A DNA stretch of 64,000 nt, from positions 20,398,001 to 20,462,000 of the forward strand of contig OZ004614.1 of NCBI GenBank assembly GCA_963924565.1, given 5' to 3'. This document shows positions 46,311 to 59,281 of the stretch, piece after piece. The position numbers and the translations under genes were made by a program. The stretch is from Ascidiella aspersa. Lineage: Eukaryota. The notes under the pieces were generated by a model. The model was not told the DNA's origin and searched no databases. It worked only from the letters and a program-made list of their open reading frames with translations. Positions within the stretch are counted from its first letter, which is position 1; each line of letters begins with the position of its first letter.

Positions 46311-49300
46311 ATCTAACAGAACTGGAAAGTAGAAAAACGTCATACACAAACTAAATGAGAAGTGGAAGTAAAGGCGTTTTTCATTAGCAAAACCTTAATG
46401 GTTGCATGCTCGATAGATTGGCGAGAATAGCGCCGTGTTGAGGAGCACAAAATGGCATTTGGAATATTTTTCGAATGATTCTTTTTCATTTTAGTCGATC
46501 GATTGTCTACTGTTTGTTTCTGAGGAACATGCACCTGTTATCAGTAAAAGTCGTTTTCATATTACAAACGCAGATACCGGTACCAAAAAAGTCAATTGTT
46601 TGGTAAAATTTTATTCTTCTAAAATCTAAGGTACGAAGCGCAATTTTAATAAGCAGGGTTCGGATCCCTTTCGTTCAAAAGAAAGCAATTGTAAAATTAT
46701 TCTTTCGGCAAAATTTTTTTAAAGTACCAACATTTCGATTACCTATACGGGCTAATTCGTTAGGGCAATACAATTGCAACTATAGGCGAAAAAATATATA
46801 TACTAGACAAACAAAACAAGATAACAACAGTGGACCAAGTAACTTATCCACGCCGCTCTTGCAAGGTCGGCTGCTTGTTCAATAAAGAAGTTCTTGAGGG
46901 TGAGGTTTGCGTGGGTAAACTTCTCACTGTACCTTTCCTGACATGCGGGACGAGATGTTTGTTAGTAAATCTCAAGCCTTGACACTATAGTGCACTAAAG
47001 TCACTGTTTTAAAATTACTTGACTTGATTTGAGGCTTTTGGACCTTGCCCCGACTTCGCCCCAAGTTTTTTAAATAATTTTTTGTAAGATTTGGTAGTTT
47101 TTGCCCGAATTTCTGCTTTTGTAAAACAGTTTGCTCGCTACATGTTATTGTATTGTTGTTTGCTAATTCAAATGTCACTAAGGTTTGGATGAGTTTGCCA
47201 GTTGAAATAATAAAATATTTACTTGGATGCAAATAACGCGACTTGGTGTGGTAGTGAATTGGATTGAGACTATGTAGATTTGCTATTTTTAGCATATGAT
47301 TTTGATTCGGACTTTTTCAGTTATTTGGCAAACGTCTTAATAAGTAATTTTGAAAAGCTGTGATAGTGAATTGGATTGGGACTATAGATTTGATACTTTT
47401 CGCAAACGATTTTGATTTGGACTTCAATTATTTGGCAAATGTCTTGAGAAGTAATCGCAAAGATCGACTTGTTTACTGTTGTTCGTTCTGCGTGGAACGC
47501 TCATGCCAGGCGCTCGTTATCAGATGCATTAGCCCTGATCCGGCCAAAGATAAGAGCCTGACGAGGCCGGCAAGTATTGGTCGCCACAAAACGAGCCTGT
47601 AGGCCGCGCGTGTTCGCGTAAGGCTCTGGGAGTCACACGTGTCTTTCGTAGTTTGTGGCGAAAACAGCAGCCGGCATCAGATAGGAATCTCACGTACCTC
47701 AAAGTGTCGTTTTTCTGGTTTAATCGCGGAATGTTTTTCGCTGCCTACCGTCGGCAGCCCGAAAATAGATCGGGGCACGCAAATGCTTCATTTTATTGTG
47801 TTTCATTAAATGTAAAAATTGTCGTTCCGCAAAAGCCCTTTTTAATTTTTACCGACGTTTCGATAAACTTTATGCTGCGCAAAGGCTTCCTTTTATTGAA
47901 ATGAACCCAATGTGGTGAATTGGATCCAACACAGTGGTTCTTCAACTTTTATTACCGCGGGCCCTTTTTTTGGTTAAATGTGTTTTTATTTCATCATTTG
48001 TAAAAAAATGTTCTCTCTGAAATATTCTTTTTTAATTTACCGACGTTTCAATGAACTTTATTAGCAAATATGCAACAGAAATCTTATTTGAAATTAATTT
48101 AAAGAGATGGCTGGATAGCCTGATAAAAAACGGACATCCTTGTAAAAAGTATTTTTTTGGCTGGGAAGGCTAACCGGCAAAAACATTTTAACGCTTCAGA
48201 AGGCTATTGAAACGTCGGTACATTTAATCGAAAATATTTCCGAAAAAAAATTTTACATTTGATTCAATACCTGGCTGCGACAATAAACTAATTTTATTTC
48301 AAGCTGCAATTGCGGAATAAGGAAATTAAAGCAAAAATCAAACGTATGCGCCACGTTGTCTTTGTAATCCAAAACGGCCTGTGTTTTAATTTCAATGGGG
48401 TTTAAACGTGACTAATAAAGGAAACCTCCAGCAGGCGGTTTGTGGTTTGGCTTTCTGGAGTTGATCGTAGCAATGGGCGGCAAATAGGAATGGCTGCAGT
48501 AACAAGTTCGGTTTTGCCTCATCGTGACCAAGTGGTTTCTGGTCGTGTCTGAAGATGTCACGGCGCTGCAACTTTAGTTGATGAATTTTATCCTGCGAAC
48601 GAGATTCAGGGCACGTTTTTAATGCCTTTTTTTGCGAAATTGATTGCGAAAAAAGGTTGTGTAGCGACCCAGAAAAAACAAGTGTACGAAAAGAAATTTC
48701 CGACATAACAATATGTTCCGCACTTCCTACATAACAATTATTTTTGCCGAAATCGCCAAAAGTATTTCTTTTCACTGTACTAATGCGCAATAATGGTTTA
48801 GCTTTGGGAAAATGCAAAGTTTTTTTTATTGTTTAAACAGTTACAGATTCGTTGTGCAGCGTTTGCTCCCTGGCCGTTTTTGATACTTAAATGACCGTTG
48901 CATAAAAGGGCATTTTTTCGTCCCTTAAGTCCAGGCTTTAGCGTGCACTTTCGACTGCAACAGGTCCAGATCGAATTTCGCAAATCTACATACGACGGCG
49001 CTCATTTCAACAGGCGATAATCTAATAATCACCGGCGGCCGAAATCTAATGCAACGAAAGCCATAGAGCTTGCCAGGCACCCAATATACACCTAAAAATG
49101 TTCAGCAGACCATCTCAAATAATCACGCGTAATACGATCAGTAAAACTCCTTTTTGTCGGACGGTTAAAAATCGCTTTTTGGGACCTAATTTTCTAAAAC
49201 ACGATTTGGTATGTTTGCGCTCACGTCGACCCGTTCCAAATAAAAACACGTCCTTTTTCGTTTCTGCAAATTTCACCTACTATACGAAAATCGGACGGGC

Positions 49301-52300
49301 TTAAAGCAAAACCGGCCACCTAAACGCGGCCGCAATGAAGTAGATAAAAGTGTTGACAAGCCTCCAAATAAGGCAATGAGCTTCTAAAAACAGACTTTTT
49401 AAGAGTATCAAAACCATACAGAAGTGTATAGGTATCATTTTGAATGTTTCCAATACTCTTTATTCCAATAACTCTTTTTTTTTATTTCACGATGCTGATA
49501 TTTCGCTGGTCAACTTCTCGATTTATTAAACAGCAGGCAACTTTTTGAATATTTAACCAAACCAGGATTAAGTTAGACACCATCGTTGTGGTCTGTTTGT
49601 TGTGCTACGTGACGTAAACCTAAGGAAATTTTAGGTAACGAAAGAATTAACTTCTTGTTCCGGGCTGATTTCCAGTTGGCCACGTTTTCTGGCCAATTGC
49701 GGATCAATCCCGCAGGCCATGAAGGCCAGGCTTCGGCGGGCGGCGGAACCGCGAAGCAGCCACCGCGCGAATTTCCACTGGAATGAGAAGCGCATATTTT
49801 ACCTTGCGGCGTATGTGCTGGCAATAATCGCAGCGTGGCGAAGGCGGGCGTGCCGCGCTTGACCTATAAAACGCTCGCGTTTTTATGACGGACACGGATA
49901 CTCATGAAATGGCTGTCGGATCCGATTGAAAGAATTTATTTTCGTCATCGTTAGCGTGTCGGGTAGATAACTTTTTTTTCGAGGAAGGCGTGAGTTCCGT
50001 GTAAGGCGGCCAACGGTGAGAAAGTCAAAGTGCAGCAATATCGACTAGACGGAGAACAGTTTGTTAACTTACGCTTGGCGTGCGCAGCTGTACATAAACT
50101 TCGCCTATGGATTCAAATTAAAATTCGTGAAGCCCTAATCTTGTCTTTGCAGAAAACAAAGAAAAAGAGCAATAACATTTTGGTAGCGCAAACAAGCGAT
50201 TGCATGCGGTAAATCGAACTTAAACGTGGCATGTCAACAGACAAAGTGCGTAATATGGCACCGGGCTATAAAAAGTGCGGGTTATGGCACCAGCCTATAT
50301 AGAGCGAACACTGAACTGTGCGATTTTGAAGTGGCCCTTTATTTATCAGGAAAGGGTCAATACCTGCTCGCTGTAGCCACAGCGCATTTGAGTGCTACTC
50401 TGTCCAAACGTCAACCAATTTGTTGTTGTTAATGGTTAGTTTGATGAGCGATGCGTTTGGAGAATTGCTGTTCAGCGCAAGAAGATTTAAAAGCTAGAAT
50501 TTTCAACAAGGCCAGAAAAGCCATGTAGTATAGCTTCGAGGAACCATGTTTGACGACCACTATGTATGAAGCATTTGTGGGCCCACCAAACCGCTATTTG
50601 TCCGCATGTATTTCATACAAAACCGTTCGCACTGTCTCAAATTTATGCAAAACCATTCGAAATGTGTTGAAACTTGCACCAGTCACAGTGTGTCTGAAAA
50701 TAAGCAAATCATTTCGAAATCTGTCAAAAGTTGAAGCATATATTTCCAGTGTGCGGAAAAGTTGACAAAACAAATTACGACGTATCGAAACATATTCAGT
50801 TTATATATTGTGATTAAAACATCATCGATATTGTAAATTTTGTGTCAACAGGAGCGTAATGTTAACTCTATTTATTTTATCAATTGGTAGCGACAAAAGT
50901 TTCCATCTTAACGTAACACTTGAACTAAAAAATCCAAACGACCAAAAGTGTTTTGAAGCCAGGGATGATCCAAAAAACAGCCAATTTTTCTTCGTTTACA
51001 GATGTGTCATGTTGTATTATTTCTACCAAATATGTGTTTTGTTTGTTCATCATAAAAATAAGGTCCCCATACTTCGCGACCCGTCGGATCCATAAGCGAA
51101 GTCCTAACGATTTATTGAGGAGCTACGAAAAAATAATCGAGCCCTACCCAAACCTGACCGACTTACGGATATGAGCGTCACGGTAAACATCAGTCAGATA
51201 AAGTTGTTAGTGTAAATGCAATTATACTGTTAAATAGTGTCAACAGATAGGTTGGAGAAATAACAAATAGCACCTTTAGGCAAAAGTTTAGCTGCGATGA
51301 AGTGAAAACTATAGTTAGAATGTCATGTGTAAGTAAATGTGTAGTAAAGAGAGCGGACACTACCAAAACCAAAACAACAATAATAATTTTAACATAACAA
51401 GTTGGTGCAATATAGTAACTTAAAAACTTAAAAAAGTCTGGAAATTTTTGGTCAATTCTTGTCTTTACCATACGCAAATTGTCGGACTTATGCTACAACT
51501 AGAGAACATTTTTAAGTTAAAAAATTGATTTTTCGGTTATTTCCATGCGATTCTGTTTTCCGCGAGTGTGTGTGCTTCTGTTTGCGCGTGTGCGAAATTT
51601 TCTTTTCTCGTCCGTTTTTTCGGGTTTCGTAGATTTTCGTTCGGGACAAAAATAATTTCCGCGCAACCTTCGAAGACTGCTTTTAACGACTTAAGAGAAA
51701 GGAGTAGCGTAATAGCAATAGGTTGACCTCATCAAATTCCATCGGTTTTCCATTATAGGCGTGCTTTATTTATCCTTTTTCACTGTGGTGTTACCAAACG
51801 CTGTGATGCCTGGTGCGAAACTGAGCTACAATTTTGGATCACTACAACTTCCAAAAAATATCGACACTATGTTGTTTTAGCTTGACATCAAAGCAACCCT
51901 GCCCGTTTAGTTTGATGGTATTTCAGTTCTTCAATGTACAATTCAAGTTTACCAAAATCGTAAATGGAAACTGTATTTATTTTAGGTTCTATTGCAAAAC
52001 TGCAATCCGTTTCGACTTTACTTAAAAAAAAAAACTGTTACTTTATGGTTAACATGTGCCAAGACAAATTTGCTAGTCATGGCTGTGGCCTACACATCAA
52101 CTTATAATTTCGCATTTTTTGGCAATATGCCCCTTTTGTGTATCTATTTTCATCGCCTGAAACTTTTGTAATTTTGAAGGAAGCAAGGCGACTAATAATG
52201 TGACACGAAATTAAACGCCAGCGCACCAAATCGCGTTAGTGCAATCTGGCACCTGACCTTTACCTTGTTTACGTCGTAATCAGGTTACCTTCTAAGTTTA

Positions 52301-55300
52301 GGCGCGTGTGGCAAAGTTAGAAATTTCGTTTGGCTCGGCTCTCGTGCCTCGATTTTAACAGAATTAGAACGGACGTGGCGAGTCGCATGTGAGACCCACC
52401 ATCTAGTATGAGGGACAATGTCGGTCGCCCATGCCAGCAGACGTCAAATGCACTTTGCTTCAATCGATAAAACTTTTTTGTTCTGCTTTTACCAAACTTT
52501 TACTTTCTCGATTCGGCCTTGTTCAGCAGAAGACGCCCTTTGTCAATCACTTCGTTATAGCAAAGAGCGTTTACCATTTGACTTGTAATTTTTACACCCC
52601 AACTTGCAAATCAAGCCAATTGGTCAGGTGATAATTGTCAGAGTATTGTATAGTGCCCAAATAAATGATTCATCGCCAGGATCGTGTTCTGTTTGTGTGT
52701 AATGGGTTTTCAATGCAGGACGTAACATTTAAAAAAACGTGCTCTTCTGGAACGACTTGATGTAGAATTAATATGTAAGAAGACAAGTTAATATCGCAAA
52801 GAGTAAAAAAATGTATTGCACCGCCATGGATCCGATACACAAATGCACTCGAAACTAAAGTTTGAAGACTGGTATTGTTTTAAACCAACTATACTCGACA
52901 CAAATTTATTTTATTGTTATATCCATTAAAACACTCGTAAAACTATTTTTAAAATTTCTCAACACATTCCGGTTCACAATTTAGTGTATAGAGTAGGATT
53001 AGCCCTTACCTGCAAATTTATTACAAGTTAAGTTGATTACTTGCTCTTGGGGTCGAAAATGATTCCAGTCGATTCTAAGCCAATCAGGCGCGGCTTCGTT
53101 TTAAAGCAGTTTGAATGTCGCACTTTTGCAGTTGATTGACACCGGACATTGGCGAAACGCTGTTAAACATGTCTCATCTGCCCCAAATACTTGGAAGACC
53201 CGGATTGTCGATTTAATGTCAGGCACTTGGCCGTTCGCTTTTCAATGCCAGATTAGAGCTGTCAGATTTTTTTCTGAGCAAGGTTTGATTCTTGTGGATC
53301 GCTTTTTCAATAAGGATGTTGGCGTAAGGTGTAGTTTTCGTTGGCCTGATTAATGCTGATGCTGTACAAGCGGCGGTTTATCTGATAATGGAATTTCTGA
53401 AAGTACTTATTTAAAAAAAAACATACATTTAACAGGTAAGTTCTTTGGGATTCCAATTTTTGCTCTATTGGTTCTTGATTCATATTTTGTGCACGATAAA
53501 AGGGCCAAAAATTAAAAGGTATTTTTCAACTTTGTTGCAGTTAATGTGCTGTTTGAATCTCGTTTATTGTAACGTTACAGTTAACCAAGCAGCAAAAATA
53601 CGAGCAAGAATACCGCGAACTATTTATAATTTCGGTGTCACAAGCCCAAAAAGGTTGCTGAACACTGGCCTAATTAATGTCAATGTTGTAGAAGCAGTTG
53701 TTTATCTAATATTAGAATTCTGAAAGTCTCGGGCCTTACCAGTACTTATTCGAAAAAAGATCAATTTAAGAGGTACGTTTGGTTTAATTCCGGTACAAAG
53801 GCGCCGCCTTTGTAATGAAAGCAAATCTGTGAGCAATTTCAAACAACGAATTGCCACCTGCCGATCGCTGGGAACCCTATTTACGTCGAGCAAGTCGCAG
53901 CATTGGGATTGTGTCGAGGCTTGTTTATTGACACGAGATGTTACGCAGCCATGATTAAGTGGCATCGGAAGCTTCGGCCCAATAAAGCCAATAGAAGGGT
54001 TGATACGCAAAGTTCATAAGTTCGCGAGGTGCACTGAAACCAAATCTAGACTTAGTACTTTTACGAATAGTTCAATACGCCACCTTGAAAGCGGGTGAAT
54101 ATTTTCATACATTTTTTGCTTTTTGTGCACAGTTAAAGATTTTTTACGAATATATGAAAATGTCCGCGCTTTAAAAATCCGTGTGAAGTATTCATAACGT
54201 GATCGCTACAAATTCAAGCCACTACATAACGAAAGAAACCGTTGGACTCATTTTGCATAGTCGAGGGGTTTATGGAAATCCGGATGCCATTAAAACGGTT
54301 TCGTCTTTTTTTATATCTACCAAATACTAACTCTAAAGTTAGACAATTTTTTCTTCCATATGCTTTCTGTTGATCATCTTGGTGGTGTATGAATTTTTTT
54401 GACAACATATATATAGTCTTCTTAGTACTTCGCCATAGTTATGTTAACTAATATGAGATTTCGCTTTTTGCGATCCTGTGGAGATTTGTAAGGGTGTATT
54501 GCTGCGGGAAAACTCTCATTTACAAAAGTGCCTGTTACAAAACAACAAAATTAATTAATTGCAAAATAGCATTTAAAGCCCACAAAACAACTAACCTGTA
54601 CCTAAAACACTCAAATAGGTTTGGTCACTAATAAATGTCGTTTAGAAATAACCGGTATTTCTAAAACGGTATTTAGTAGTACCTTAAGGTGCCGTGGTGT
54701 AGGGACTTCCTTATTTAATTTTCATTTTTAAGTGCTGTTTGTGAAATATTGTATTATGCCGAATTAACCGTTTTACAAAAAAGGTTTTAGTTTATACCGA
54801 GCTGTAAATTTGTGTTGAAGTTTAGCACCCTAGCTGCAGTAAATGTGGTACACCTTGTTTTTATGATCATCTTCCGAATAGAAATCCAAATTCGCTTTTT
54901 AGCGGATTATCAAAATCTTTCGCCAAAATAGTGTCGTCTGTCGTCTATTAGAAAGCTTAACAGATCAACTGGCGAAATTCAGCGGCTACCGTACGCGTTT
55001 GTGTTGAAATGTCAGTGATAAGGATTGCGGCAAATTGCGTTTCGAACTTTCCAGAAACTCATTTGCATTTGTCTGCCCGTCCCACCGCTCCGCGACTTAT
55101 CAAATGAAGTACCTGGAAAAAGAGGCCACGGCGGCGCGTATACGTTTGCCCGCGTCTCGCAATCGCTATGGGTAGTAAATTTACCAATAAGCCGAAGTGT
55201 CAGGCAAGTTTCACTTTTGCAAAGAGTTAAGTCGAACTTTATCTGCCAAAATGCAGTTAGGCAGGTGGTGCGAGAAGTGTAAGTATAATCCGACTTCATA

Positions 55301-55489
55301 CGTTAGCTTTGTTTGACGTCAGATGGATCAAGGTTTTGTGCACGCCACGAAGCGAATCCAACGCATGGAAATTTATTAACGATAAAACATTGTCAAGTAA
55401 AAAATGTGAACCTTGATTTCGTCATTTTATCTCCTTTTACTTTCTTTTTGTGTAATTTTACTTTGCGTCTGGTTGGCCGTGTCATTTTT

Positions 55490-55540
55490 TGTCATTCCCT
55501 GATGAGGACTTTCTGAATAGTAAGCCGAAACGTTGGATAA
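55490..55540 (+). ncRNA. Minimal hammerhead-like motif, intergenic
   Basis: tcc-CTGATGA-GGACT..AGT(aag)CC-GAAAC-GTT-gga. Confidence 0.5.
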
Positions 55541-55547
55541 AGAAATA

Positions 55548-55937
55548 CAGGGACGCCGAAGAGGGGGGGGGGGGGGGAGGCGCAGGGGGTACAAGCGCAA
55601 AAAGTGCCCTTTTCATGAAAAATGATATATTGCTTTCACAACGTTAAATATTATAAATTAGAAAATTCAAGTAACTTTTACTAGTCCACAGGGCCGACAG
55701 GAGTAGGGCTTGAGCTACGAAAAAATGCAAAAAAATTCGTAAAATGACATGGTTGACATTTTTTAAAACATTTTTGGCACCATTTTAAGCCAATCTAGAG
55801 GGCGTGGCCGCAAAAAATTTTCCAGGGGAGTTCCCCCGGACCCCCCCATATTTTGGCTCGCTATGCTCGCCTGCGGTCTATGTTGCCCTTACCAAAAAAG
55901 TCGCCCCCCTTGCCTTGAAATCGCTCCGGCGTCCCTG
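55548..55937. mobile_element. hAT-like MITE with a poly-G tract
   Basis: TIR cagggacgccg/cggcgtccctg; perfect TSD aagaaata. Confidence 0.9.
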
Positions 55938-58900
55938 AAGAAATATATACCAGAAGAACTTATTTTTAGTATACTATGCATGGCAGCAACAGCATATTTA
56001 TATTCGACAATTGACCCCGATCACATTAGCCCTGTTTTAAATATTTCGCTAAATCCGTTAAAATGTAAAATGGCTGATCATTATAGTATATGCCACTGTG
56101 GGGGGTCGCTTTCAACAACGAGTTGCTCAAAGTGGAGATCGAATGACCGAAGTCAGGTATCCTAAAAGCCATCTTATTCCATAAAAGTCCATGTTGCACC
56201 AATTGCCCTGGCATTAGGATTTACGCGCATATAGGCCAGAACGAAAGTCATTTGATCCAATTTAAAAATTTACCACGCTAAAAGCGAAAGCTGCAAAGCT
56301 CATGCGTGGTTTTCCGTCGCCCTATATCTCCTATCAAACCGTGTCAACTTATGCAGCGTCAAACCGCTTGGCTTCCGAGCAATTTCAGCTTCGGGTTTCG
56401 CCAAAAGCCTTCTCCTCTGATTGGTCGGCGTGCGGTCACGTGACGATCACCCCACTGTAAGCTCGAAGTTTTTAAAACAATGTGATGCGCTTTTTCTGGC
56501 CACCGATGTTAGTAAGTTTAAACGCCGTTGCAGTGCAAAATATATCGTTAACACAACTGTTTCCTATGGCAGAATACTTAGATAGCGATCATCCATCGCC
56601 TGATTTCGACAAAGCTTGGCACATATGTGCTTTAATAAACAGTGAAATGTGCGACAAGCAACACCTAAATAGCGAAGTTGTTCTTTTTTTAAGTTTTTTT
56701 CGACACATTTTAGCTGTTTAAAATAGTTCTTTGCTTAGGGATAATATCAGATGCTGAGTGTTTTTTTACCATGTGTCACTGTAGCACAACGAAACTGGCG
56801 CTTTCAAAGCTGCAAGCACAGGCCTCGGCTACAATGTTGTTAGCAAGGAGTGAAAAGCTTCTGTTGTCATTCGAGTCTATTGGTATACTATACAGCCACT
56901 AAAAATTCCGGGTTTAATTTTTTATCCAACCTTGTCACTTTTTAGCTCCTATTATTTTACCAGACTCAAATAAAAAAATATACAGCGGCTATTTTTTTTA
57001 CTGGGGCAAGTTGGTCATCTTGAACTCGATCTGAAATATAAATCTCGCAATATTCAGCGTACTGGAGGACTTGACCCTGAAGAGCCAACGTGAAGATACT
57101 TCAAAAGTGCAAACAAAACGCTATATAGGCAAACAACGCTCTGTAAACTTCAGTCGCAAATCTATTGCCAAAAAAATGCGGCGCAGTGTCGATTTTGCGG
57201 TCCAACTGTGTGCTTCAAGCCTAATCTGCAGTGTACGCCTTCAAAGTTGTATATTAGTATGGCAGTGGTTCTCAAACTGGGGTCCCGTAGGGGTCCATGA
57301 GTAACTTTGAAAGGGTCCACAAAACACCTCATATTTTAAAGAGAGGCATAATTCTAGCCGGAAAACACTTTTCTGATCGAATTTTACGAAAAGGAAAAGA
57401 TCCGATTAGACGCTGGCCTGGTCAAGTTTTACGCCGTTACGTTGTCGGCGGCGTATTTGCGTTGTCACGCACTCGCAACAGGTGCGCGCGTTTGTTTGCA
57501 AGCAAAGGCCGCCGACAAACATATTGTACTGGCAGAGCTCAGAGGACGAGCTGGTATTTTTGGTGTTACCTATGATACGAATTGATTTTCGCCCACATTG
57601 CATTCCCGCTATAATGTTAACACTTTGGTTAGGCTTGTTTATAGATTTTGAAAACTTTTGAAAAGTTTGGCTAATCGAAGTTTTTCCCACTGTTAAAGTC
57701 TTTGGTGATGTGTTGTAACCTGTTATTTTCTAGTCAGTTAAAATTGTCCGATTCGTAATTCATTGGAAGAAAAGCTTGAAAAATTGGAAAGCACCCTCAC
57801 AGAACCATTAGTCCGGCTGCGAGTTCGCTGTAGCGGGACTTGATGTCGTGCTTTCAACAGTCGACCGCGCGTAAGAGAGAATATATTATCAACTGGTAAA
57901 TTATTGACAAAAAGCGTCGGAAAACAAGTCGAAGTGCATTTGCTTGCCCGCGCGAAATCCTCGGGGATTCTGCGGCTATTAGGTGGGTCCATTACGGACT
58001 GGAGTTAGTTTGAATTCAGCTCGGATCCGCGGTTGGCAAATGCACGAGGCGAGAGTCCTAGATACACGGTTCGTTACATGTGCCGCACTGTTGCAGTGTT
58101 GTTGGTCGCACTTTGCGCGTCATACGCCATTTGCGGGGACTTTGTTTACGGAATAGGGTCAGCGGTATTTGATTAGCGATTTAGTTACGCACACAGCGGG
58201 CCTAAACATAGAGTAAGTGGAACTTGGCTGACAGAACGTGTAGACTGTTGTAGAAAGAAGATGTTTTAAATGAAGATCAGGAAAAATAGTTTTGCTTCTA
58301 CGGCAAGTGTCAACATTGGCACTTCAACATTTGCACATTCGCATTTGTTGCAAATCGCGATGTTATAGCTTTGTATATGTGCCCTGAAGCAAAAAACATT
58401 GAGTTAGATATGTGTTTTTAAAGCAGTTCAACTTGAAATTTTAGATCCATGAGCAAGTGGGACATATAAAGCATATAGTGGCTTATTTGGCAGATTCAGA
58501 ACGAAACTATATTGACAATCAACATACTTAAAAAGTTCTGAAGTTAAGCCTGTCTGGTTGCCTATGAGCCGCAAACTTACCAGGTGCTGATGAAAAGTCA
58601 AACTATTCGTTTCTCTTCCTTTTGATATTTTTGCCACAACTCGTTTAGCATTGGCGACAAATCTCCTGAAAAACCTCTTCAAAAATCGCTAATTCTTGTC
58701 GCCTGTTTAGAATGCTCTATTTGTGATGCAGATCCGCGACCTAAAAAGATGGAATCGCGTTAGTTTATAGCCACTCGCAAGCCGAACCTGCCTTTGCCCG
58801 GTCCCATAAAGCACTTACGCTTTAAGAGGTACCTGTTGGAATCTTTAACACTCCGCTTCGTAACTTGACTCGGTGTTTGCTCGGCCTTGCTTTTACGACC

Positions 58901-59004
58901 CTGGGCCGTGTTTGGTTAAGGCCTGGTTATTGCGGATTGCGACGAAGTCGATTGAGATTCGCCCGATCCGTGCCCGCGAACACACACGTCCCGGGAAGAA
59001 ATGG

Positions 59005-59281
59005 CAGCGTTGTAAACAAGTCATTTCAAAATGACTTAAGTCCCAGTCAAGTCATTTGTAAAATAAATGAAGTCCAAGTTATTAGTTGCGCAAGTACCAG
59101 TCAAGTCATAATAAGAGCAAGTCAACTTCAAGTCACGTCCTTGTCATAAAAATAAAACGTTAAAATATTAGAAATTTTAAACTCAAACCATCATGACCAA
59201 TAACTGAACTAAAAAACAAGAAAAACGCTACGTATAGCAAGCACTTAAGTCAAGTCAATGACTTGAGTCATTACAGGACTG
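59005..59281. mobile_element. MITE family C copy
   Basis: cagcgttgtaa/ttacaggactg; TSD agaaatgg/aggagtgg. Confidence 0.75.

Noticed and set aside
47558-47595. CTGACGA plus a stem as another hammerhead
   Set aside because: The required GAAA after stem II is missing (gccacaaaac instead).
54253-54262. ttgcatagtc, matching the 5' end of miR-153
   Set aside because: The match stops after 10 nt and I see no precursor hairpin.
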